IMG/VR virus record: IMGVR_UViG_3300032232_000231
Span: 1 to 34,501 of that record
From: a virus
Lineage: Duplodnaviria > Caudoviricetes
Strand: one strand, 5' to 3'
DNA length: 34,501 bases
A program made the translations under genes and the position numbers. Positions 29,056 through 34,501 of the stretch are shown here, piece after piece. Each line of letters starts with the position of its first letter. Positions within the stretch are counted from its first letter, which is position 1. The notes beneath the pieces are model-generated. The model ran no database searches, was not told the origin of the DNA, and saw nothing but the letters and a program-made list of their open reading frames with translations.

Positions 29056-29128
29056 TGGGGCTACTCGCTACGTCCGGGGATAGGCTATAACAACCATACA
29101 TCCGATTCCGGCATCCGCTTTTGCCCCA
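29056..29128 (-). ncRNA. Candidate structured RNA hairpin with purine-rich internal loops
   Basis: Minus strand: TGGGGC-AAAA-GCGGATG-CCGG...CCGG-ACGTAGCG-AGTA-GCCCCA. Confidence 0.45.
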
Positions 29129-29131
29129 TTG

Positions 29132-29920
29132 TTACTTGTGATTGTTTTTTAACTGCCAAAACTCTAATAGCTTGGTAAACATAAGCCAATAGCGATCTAG
29201 GTCAGCGGCTTCATGTTCAACTACTTTGACACCGGTAAACGATGGATTGCCAGCAACCATTTTGTAGCCTACAAATACGTTGGCACAACGGGCCTTGGGC
29301 ATATTAAATCCCATACGGTAAGCCGCTAATTGCATACCGTGTTCCGGGTAAATATCGGCTTTGGAAATATCTTCCGTTTCCTTGGTTTTAATGTCAATTG
29401 CAACACCATCAAAATCATGCCTTGATTTAGCTATTAAATCGGCTTTACCGCCGTACCCAAGGGGATGGGCAAAGGATAACTCCGGCAATAGCAAAAGTTC
29501 CCCAAAATGCCCTTTAATGGCTTCCTCAACTGGCCGGCACATTGGCATATGTTCCGGGATTAAAGCCCCTTCAAAAAACGCCTGAATAATGGCATGAATA
29601 GAAGTGCCACGGTCAGCGGCCACCCGTCCAGTTTGCTTGGAATCCATCATTACCCGTTCAAGCCAGGATTGTTCAGGTTCCCCAGTTTCCCTGGGAAGGG
29701 TTAAAGCGGCTAATAGGACGTTTTGTTGTTTCCAAATATCAAGGCCTGGACGTGCCGCAACCGCAATGATTCCCGATACGCTAGGGCAAAGGTCAAGTGA
29801 TCTTGCATCCCGTAACGTTGTTGCTCGTTGCTGGCCGTTTTTGGCAGTAACAGAATATGCTGGGTTTCCTTCACGATCATACCAATGCCCACTTTCCGAT
29901 TGACGTTCTTTGATTATCAT
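29132..29920 (-). CDS. PD-(D/E)XK exonuclease (Cas4/RecB-like recombination nuclease)
   Basis: PSVS, RGTSIH, E...YGGKADL...IDIKT and QLAAY motifs. Confidence 0.85.
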   Translation of the reverse strand: MIIKERQSESGHWYDREGNPAYSVTAKNGQQRATTLRDARSLDLCPSVSGIIAVAARPGLDIWKQQNVLLAALTLPRETGEPEQSWLERVMMDSKQTGRVAADRGTSIHAIIQAFFEGALIPEHMPMCRPVEEAIKGHFGELLLLPELSFAHPLGYGGKADLIAKSRHDFDGVAIDIKTKETEDISKADIYPEHGMQLAAYRMGFNMPKARCANVFVGYKMVAGNPSFTGVKVVEHEAADLDRYWLMFTKLLEFWQLKNNHK

Positions 29921-30102
29921 TGTTTTGGTTTTCTTCCACGTTTTGGTGCTTCTTCTTGGGCCGGTGTAACTACAACAATTTTGCTGGCAAATTCACCGCA
30001 CCAATCATGCAAGCTTTTATTTGCGGTTTGTGGGTAACGTTTGCATACACCGTATGTGTCATTAACCTGACCGGCATACCATTTACAGTCAATACATTTC
30101 AT
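29917..30102 (-). CDS. Small Cys-rich metal-binding protein
   Basis: CIDC...GVCKRYP...DWCGEF; basic tail KRGRKPK. Confidence 0.7.
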   Translation of the reverse strand: MKCIDCKWYAGQVNDTYGVCKRYPQTANKSLHDWCGEFASKIVVVTPAQEEAPKRGRKPKQ

Positions 30103-30306
30103 TTATTCACCTAATGTTTGTAAGATTAAACTTCTATCTTTTGGGTCTTTTACCAGGCAAGCGGCTTCAGTAATTAAAGCCCTTGTAAACCTGGACAATG
30201 CTTCATAGGAAAAACCAATGATTTCAGTTTCTTCATCGTGGCCTATATCCTGATGGGTTTTAACCGTATAGTGATCACAAACAATAAACTTAACCATTGG
30301 TTTCAT
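30103..30306 (-). CDS. Hypothetical protein
   Basis: Operonic; GGGGG RBS-like sequence. Confidence 0.65.
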   Translation of the reverse strand: MKPMVKFIVCDHYTVKTHQDIGHDEETEIIGFSYEALSRFTRALITEAACLVKDPKDRSLILQTLGE

Positions 30307-30314
30307 ATTGCCCC

Positions 30315-30953
30315 CTAGAAAGGTATATCGTCATCAATCAATTCTGACGGGGCAGAACTAACTGGTGGCGAATTAGGTTCAAACGTATTACGGTATTCGG
30401 CAGACTTCTTGATAACGCCTTGCATACCTTCTGACAACTTACTAAATTTATCTTGATCAAATGGATCAAGGGTAAAAATCATTGGTTCGTTAACGCCAAC
30501 TGGTTCGCCCAATTTCTTTAATGCGGCTGGTATTTGACTAATTCCAGCAATGTTGGCGTATTCTTTACCATCGTATGTTGAATGGGTAATAGATACCATG
30601 CAACACTTGCCCAGTAAGACTTCTAGGTTAAATCCATCTAGTTCTTCTTGGGTAAAAGCTTTGCCACGCCAGGCTTCTAAATCTTTACGCAATGTGGCTT
30701 TTTCGTCCAGGGATAGCGTATAGCGTTTAGATACAATCAGCGGTTTGCCTTCTGCGGTTTGCAATGGCTGGCCATCGTTATCTTCACCATGTAATTCAAA
30801 CATAGTGATGATTTTGCGTTGCATCTTTTTTTTACCCATCCATTCAGTTGTTTGGGTGCCTATATCAATAATTCTATATAGCTTGGCAAGAAAACTGCCG
30901 GCTGGTGGTAGTTTAAAGTCACTACCTGAACTGGTTTGTTTTGCAATAATCAT
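30315..30953 (-). CDS. Phage single-stranded DNA-binding protein
   Basis: IIDIGTQ, YTLSL.EKATLRKDLEAWRG, LLGK.C and YANI motifs; acidic DDDIPF C-terminus; ATG at 30953. Confidence 0.75.
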   Translation of the reverse strand: MIIAKQTSSGSDFKLPPAGSFLAKLYRIIDIGTQTTEWMGKKKMQRKIITMFELHGEDNDGQPLQTAEGKPLIVSKRYTLSLDEKATLRKDLEAWRGKAFTQEELDGFNLEVLLGKCCMVSITHSTYDGKEYANIAGISQIPAALKKLGEPVGVNEPMIFTLDPFDQDKFSKLSEGMQGVIKKSAEYRNTFEPNSPPVSSAPSELIDDDIPF

Positions 30954-30954
30954 T

Positions 30955-31164
30955 TTATTTTCCATTTCCAAAAATGTTTCCAAAATCGTTGATCACATCA
31001 CGTAACAACGGGCTAACGTGACTATTTCGTGGTTTTCCACAAGCTTGACGAATAACGTCAACTTGCACTTGGGTTAAATACTCATTACTAAATTCCATGT
31101 CATCCAATGCTTTTTCAAGCATTTCTTCATGTTCTAGCATCAATTGATTTAATTCAGCACTCAT
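30955..31164 (-). CDS. Hypothetical early protein
   Basis: ATG at 31164 with AAGGAG RBS; first gene of the leftward operon. Confidence 0.7.
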   Translation of the reverse strand: MSAELNQLMLEHEEMLEKALDDMEFSNEYLTQVQVDVIRQACGKPRNSHVSPLLRDVINDFGNIFGNGK

Positions 31165-31184
31165 TTTTATTGCTCCTTTTTTAT

Positions 31185-31249
31185 CACGACAACATTGCCG
31201 TACTATCAAATGTAAAGTAAGATTGAGTTGTTGTAAAGTAATATTTAGT
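31185..31249. promoter_or_regulatory. Divergent promoters with tandem operators (module copy D)
   Basis: Leftward TTTACA(31237-32)-17-TACATT with hairpin ACGGCA-ATGT-TGTCGT; rightward TTGCCG(31195-200)-17-TAAGAT; operator-like 31211-28 and 31232-49. Confidence 0.7.
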
Positions 31250-31264
31250 AAAAAAGGAAAATAA

Positions 31265-31501
31265 ATGACAGATTCACAACTAATTGATATGTTGGGACGG
31301 CCAGCAAAGGTGGCAAAGCTATGTGGCGTAACGGTCCAAGCGGTGTGTCAATGGCGCAACAACAATGCAATACCAGCCGCACCCTTGATGCTAATAGCGG
31401 CAACCATAGAAAGGGAATCAGTAGGATTAGTAACCAGGAAAGACCTTTTTCCACAAACATGGCATATTATTTGGCCGGAGTTGCAAGCAATAAATTTATG
31501 A
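31265..31501 (+). CDS. Cro/YdaS-like HTH transcriptional regulator
   Basis: LG.PAKVAKLCGVTVQAVCQWR HTH; RKDLFP..W..IWPEL tail; AAGGA RBS. Confidence 0.85.
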   Translation: MTDSQLIDMLGRPAKVAKLCGVTVQAVCQWRNNNAIPAAPLMLIAATIERESVGLVTRKDLFPQTWHIIWPELQAINL

Positions 31502-31511
31502 TATAGTTTAC

Positions 31512-31640
31512 TTATTGAGGAATTGAACACTCGATAACGTAGGGCTTTAGAGGTAGTTTTGTGGGTTTAGGAAATAAGATAAGAGGTATTTCCCAAGCCG
31601 TTCAATCACAGAATTACCCCTAAAGCCCTTTTTCTTTTTG
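31512..31640 (+). ncRNA. Candidate regulatory RNA: small hairpin plus long bulged hairpin ending in a U tract
   Basis: Extended -10 TGATATAGT (31499-507); stems with G-U pairs on + strand; T tract at 31629-39. Confidence 0.65.
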
Positions 31641-31644
31641 TACC

Positions 31645-31882
31645 GTTCAATCGGACTTCCCCCGATAGCAATGCGGTTATATCGCCGGCTGGAAAGAATA
31701 GATTGGCCTACCCTTCACCCGGTATGTGCCGCATGGCCTTAAATGGGGACCATACAAGTTTTAAGGGACAACGGTGATAGACAACCCTTTAAACGATTGA
31801 ACATTAACCTAGGTAGCATTAGTTCAAGTAAAGCAATACCTTCTTGAATGGATGTGGTGCTTATCACCCTTGGGGAACCTAT
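31645..31882 (+). ncRNA. Candidate large structured RNA with pseudoknot
   Basis: GTTCAATCG/CGATTGAAC long-range helix; loop GGTGATAG pairs with TTATCACC; no ORF of 60 aa or more in the track. Confidence 0.5.
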
Positions 31883-31955
31883 GTGTAAAAAAACAACAAA
31901 AATAAATAAATTAGTAAGGAAAACCCTAATACATTAAAAAAAGATACAAAAGGTG

Positions 31956-32007
31956 TTTACAAGTAAAGATTACTTTAGTAAATTATCAATACGGCAACGG
32001 TGCCGTG
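31956..32007 (+). promoter_or_regulatory. Early promoter/operator/5'-hairpin module, copy B
   Basis: TTTACA-17-TAAATT; AGTAAAG-ATTA-CTTTAGT; ACGGCA-ACGG-TGCCGT. Confidence 0.8.
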
Positions 32008-32026
32008 AAAATTAAAGGAAAACAAA

Positions 32027-32257
32027 ATGCACAACGAAATCAACCCAATGTTTGGAACTTCAGTATCAGTTGTAGAAGCTAATATTGAAAACGCCTATAA
32101 CGTCAATATGCGTTTGGCCGGTATGTTATCTGATGCACAAGAATTAATTTCTATGGGCAACACAGAAAAAGCTAACCAAATTCTTAATCGTGTTAAGTAT
32201 TACTTTTTTGAATACACCGATACACGTAATTCTGTATCAGCACAAAAACAAGATTAA
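32027..32257 (+). CDS. Hypothetical early protein
   Basis: TAAAGGA RBS; LAGMLSDAQELI motif. Confidence 0.8.
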   Translation: MHNEINPMFGTSVSVVEANIENAYNVNMRLAGMLSDAQELISMGNTEKANQILNRVKYYFFEYTDTRNSVSAQKQD

Positions 32258-32300
32258 TTGATTAGGCCCCTACGGGGGCCGTGATAAAAAGGATAAACAA

Positions 32301-32501
32301 ATGAAAACTTTAGCCGTCAAAACAAACAAAAACAACGTTAAATACGCCTTGGTGCAAGAAGGCAATAAATTTGGCGTATGGACTTTATGTTCTAACTATT
32401 GCCGTCATGCTAAAAGTGGCATTGCTAAAACTTGGCGTTATGTAGAACGCAACATGACTTTTGATGATGCTAAAGTTTTATTTACAAAACGTTCAAAATA
32501 A
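32301..32501 (+). CDS. Hypothetical early protein
   Basis: AAAGGA RBS, preceded by a GGCCCC-TACG-GGGGCC hairpin. Confidence 0.75.
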   Translation: MKTLAVKTNKNNVKYALVQEGNKFGVWTLCSNYCRHAKSGIAKTWRYVERNMTFDDAKVLFTKRSK

Positions 32502-32504
32502 TTG

Positions 32505-32556
32505 TTTACAACTAAAGAAATCTTTAGTAAAGTCTTAAATACCGAATGGTTCGGTG
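32505..32556 (+). promoter_or_regulatory. Early promoter/operator/5'-hairpin module, copy C
   Basis: TTTACA-17-TAAAGT; perfect palindrome ACTAAAG-AAAT-CTTTAGT; ACCGAA-TGG-TTCGGT. Confidence 0.8.
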
Positions 32557-32576
32557 AAAAAATAAAGGAAAACAAA

Positions 32577-32966
32577 ATGGCTTACATGAATAAAGAAAAC
32601 GCAACATTAATCCGTAACGCACTTAAAGTAGCGTTGCCAAACATTAAGTTTGCAGTACGCAAAGACAGTCATTCAATCCATGTCACTATCGTTTCTAGCG
32701 ACATTGATTTTAGTATGCTTGACACCCTGGCAACCTGGAATCACAAGGGTTACGCCCAAATCAACGAATACCATCTTGAATTTTATGGCCAGCACCAGCC
32801 ATTGTTTGCCAAGATTATTGACATTATCAAAACCGCCCCGGCTGACAAATGGTATGACCGTTCCGATTCAATGTCAGATTATTTTGATACCGCTTTTTAC
32901 ATTCATTTAAACGTAGGCGCATGGGACAAACCTTACGTTTACGTTGAAAACAAACAGGCCGCATGA
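32577..32966 (+). CDS. LPD29-like (large polyvalent protein-associated domain) protein
   Basis: IR.ALK...P..KFAVR...SIHVTI and YDRSDSMSDYFD motifs; ATG at 32577 behind TAAAGGA. Confidence 0.65.
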   Translation: MAYMNKENATLIRNALKVALPNIKFAVRKDSHSIHVTIVSSDIDFSMLDTLATWNHKGYAQINEYHLEFYGQHQPLFAKIIDIIKTAPADKWYDRSDSMSDYFDTAFYIHLNVGAWDKPYVYVENKQAA

Positions 32967-33340
32967 TGTTTGAAATCTTTTGGAAACATTACCCCAGGAA
33001 GGTAGCTAAACGTGCCGCCCTGGGGGCATTTAACCGGCTTACTAAAGACGAACAAGCCCTAGCCGTAGAAGTTATTGAAGAACACGTGGCGTACTGGAAA
33101 TTAAAGGGTACGGAAATGGACTTCATACCCCACCCTAGTACCTGGCTTAACCAGGGCCGGTTTGAAGATGAACTGGATATGACCCCAAAAGAACTAAAGC
33201 GGCCTTCATTACCTTGGTATAGTAATGATGAACTTACTTTGGCCAAGGGCCGGGAACTAGGACTGCAAGCTTATGCTGGGGAATCTATGGGACAGTACCG
33301 CCAACGCATCCAGCAACACATTGGAAAGCTGGCGGTATGA
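32963..33340 (+). CDS. Replication-initiator C-terminal-like domain protein
   Basis: FEIFWKHYPRKVAK..A...F..L and FIPHPSTWLNQGRFEDE, a pattern typical of phage replisome-organiser C-termini. Confidence 0.65.
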   Translation: MMFEIFWKHYPRKVAKRAALGAFNRLTKDEQALAVEVIEEHVAYWKLKGTEMDFIPHPSTWLNQGRFEDELDMTPKELKRPSLPWYSNDELTLAKGRELGLQAYAGESMGQYRQRIQQHIGKLAV

Positions 33341-33506
33341 ATGTGAAATCAGACAGTTACTTGTTTACCGTGAAAAGCTTGGGCTTACCGGTTTTAGGGG
33401 TTATTTTGCTAACCCTAATTTCAATAGCCGCCGTGAACAAATTGCTAGGGATTTTTACAATCAATGGAAAAAAGGCAACCGTGGAACCTGGGGGGATTGG
33501 CGATGA
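33321..33506 (+). CDS. Hypothetical protein
   Basis: RYECEIRQLL...QWKKGNRG..GDW; start uncertain (TTG 33321 or ATG 33273). Confidence 0.6.
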   Translation: MESWRYECEIRQLLVYREKLGLTGFRGYFANPNFNSRREQIARDFYNQWKKGNRGTWGDWR

Positions 33507-33598
33507 TTGAAATACTTGTTCTTGTTCTTTTAATTACCGGCGTGTTTGCTTGGGCCGTCATTTTGTTCACAATAATTAAAATTTGGATGGAGTTGTAA
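33503..33598 (+). CDS. 31-aa single-TM peptide
   Basis: ATGA/TAATG coupling on both sides; MIEILVLVLLITGVFAWAVILFTIIKIWMEL. Confidence 0.55.
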   Translation: MIEILVLVLLITGVFAWAVILFTIIKIWMEL

Positions 33599-33741
33599 TG
33601 TCACCGTTTTTAATAGCAACCGTTGGCGTAATTTATTTTTGTATTGCAATTAATTCTTTTATCAACGGTCAAATGGGCCTGGGTATATCGTTTTTAGGTT
33701 ACTCAATTGGTTCAGTTGGCCTTTACTTCCAGGCCCTATGA
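33598..33741 (+). CDS. 47-aa two-TM membrane protein
   Basis: Coupled on both sides; MSPFLIATVGVIYF...GYSIGSVGLYFQAL. Confidence 0.6.
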   Translation: MSPFLIATVGVIYFCIAINSFINGQMGLGISFLGYSIGSVGLYFQAL

Positions 33742-34079
33742 AAGCAGATAGCCGTGTTGTTGATCCCAATGATTGTGTAGATTATTTATACGAATTTGCC
33801 CCTGAATACGCCAAGGCCAAGGGTGAACTGGCTGAATTGGAAGCATATAAATCTAGTCTTAAAGCCATCAAGATGAAACAGTCAAACGAACAAAGTTTGG
33901 GTGCCCAGGAACGTGAAGCTTATGCCAGCCCTGAATATCAAGAACTTTGTAAAGCCATCGGTGCGGCAACGTACAAAACAGAAATGTGGAAATATCGCCT
34001 AGAAGCGGCTAAATTACGATTTGAAGCTTGGCGTACCCAAGAAGCCAGTAACCGTAACCTTGAAAGACTAACCAAATGA
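33738..34079 (+). CDS. Helical conserved hypothetical protein
   Basis: AQEREAYASPEY...EAWRTQEASNR; ATGA-coupled. Confidence 0.7.
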   Translation: MKADSRVVDPNDCVDYLYEFAPEYAKAKGELAELEAYKSSLKAIKMKQSNEQSLGAQEREAYASPEYQELCKAIGAATYKTEMWKYRLEAAKLRFEAWRTQEASNRNLERLTK

Positions 34080-34315
34080 ACAATGAACCAGTAGCGTGGA
34101 TGCGTGAAGATGGCGTTATAGCTTTTCACAAGCAAAAAGAAATTGATAGTCAGGGTTACAAATGGCAACCACTCTACACCCATCCAGCAAAGACACTAAC
34201 AGATGAGGAAATATTGGAATTGACTAAGGATTCCACCATATTTGAATACCGAGAATTTGATGATGACATGGTTAGATTTGCTAGAGCAATACTAAGAAAG
34301 GCACAAGAGAAATGA
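34076..34315 (+). CDS. Modular small protein (EPVAW...PLYT.P...LTDEEI...FARAIL type)
   Basis: Short modules typical of lambdoid accessory proteins. Confidence 0.7.
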   Translation: MNNEPVAWMREDGVIAFHKQKEIDSQGYKWQPLYTHPAKTLTDEEILELTKDSTIFEYREFDDDMVRFARAILRKAQEK

Positions 34316-34500
34316 TTTACGGCTACTTTTACAAATTGCTTATGCGTTTATCACATCGCTTTAACTGGCATCACATGAAACCCAATCCGCATTTAGAGCA
34401 TGGAAAGATTCATTTATGGTGTTATTGGTGCGGTGCTAGAGCAGTATTGATTAAACCAAGCGATACATTAGCAATACTAAGAAAGGCACAAGAGAAATGA
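34285..34500 (+). repeat. 31-bp exact direct repeat (34285-34315 and 34470-34500) at the ends of two consecutive genes
   Basis: AGCAATACTAAGAAAGGCACAAGAGAAATGA occurs twice. Confidence 0.95.
34312..34500 (+). CDS. Small hypothetical protein (CYWC motif) ending AILRKAQEK
   Basis: ATGA-coupled at both ends. Confidence 0.65.
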   Translation: MIYGYFYKLLMRLSHRFNWHHMKPNPHLEHGKIHLWCYWCGARAVLIKPSDTLAILRKAQEK

Positions 34501-34501
34501 A
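34379..34501. repeat. Terminal direct repeat, right copy
   Basis: Identical to 1-123. Confidence 0.95.

Noticed and set aside
28956-29128. Assignment to hammerhead, twister, pistol or tRNA classes
   Set aside because: I could not match the conserved cores (e.g. CUGAnGA/GAAA, T-loop GTTCRA in a cloverleaf), so the elements are left unclassified.
28939-29178. + strand 79-aa ORF
   Set aside because: No RBS, antisense to the early operon and overlapping its last gene; the region is better explained by RNA structures.
32502-32576. N-terminal extension of ORF 32502 (likewise 31209 and 28880 starts)
   Set aside because: The extensions run through promoter/operator/hairpin modules; downstream ATGs have strong RBSs.
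34285-34500. 31-bp repeats as a CRISPR array or att sites
   Set aside because: Only two copies 185 bp apart, both coding; no cas or integrase genes. The copy at 92-122 is the circular overlap.

Overview
The window is an apparently complete circular genome of a tailed dsDNA phage: about 34,378 bp, with bases 1-123 repeated exactly at 34379-34501. Morphogenesis is P22-like (podovirus type): small and PBSX-type large terminase, portal, scaffold, coat, fibre cassette, gp4/gp10-like tail proteins, three ejection proteins (one with an M15 peptidase domain), a collar-domain fibre, holin-like proteins and a GH19 endolysin. Accessory genes include GroES, RusA, a Ref/HNH-like nuclease, a cupin-like+SET protein and a 616-aa polyvalent-type protein. 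A short leftward early operon (SSB, PD-(D/E)XK nuclease, lipoprotein) diverges from a Cro-like gene. I recognised no integrase, CI repressor, DNA polymerase, helicase, primase or tRNA. The most unusual features are non-coding. (i) A ~370-nt structured RNA region after the Cro-like gene has bulge and loop sequences complementary to flanking sites, and lies upstream of a replication protein with only a C-terminal domain. (ii) A four-copy promoter/operator/5'-hairpin module controls the early genes. (iii) Two further structured RNAs, one pseudoknotted, follow the nuclease gene. Also notable are an N-terminal motif shared by a 66-aa protein and an ejection protein, a 31-bp gene-end cassette repeat, and apparent GCWGC avoidance. 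All product calls are motif and synteny recognition by eye, not database results. A freshwater betaproteobacterial host is only a guess.
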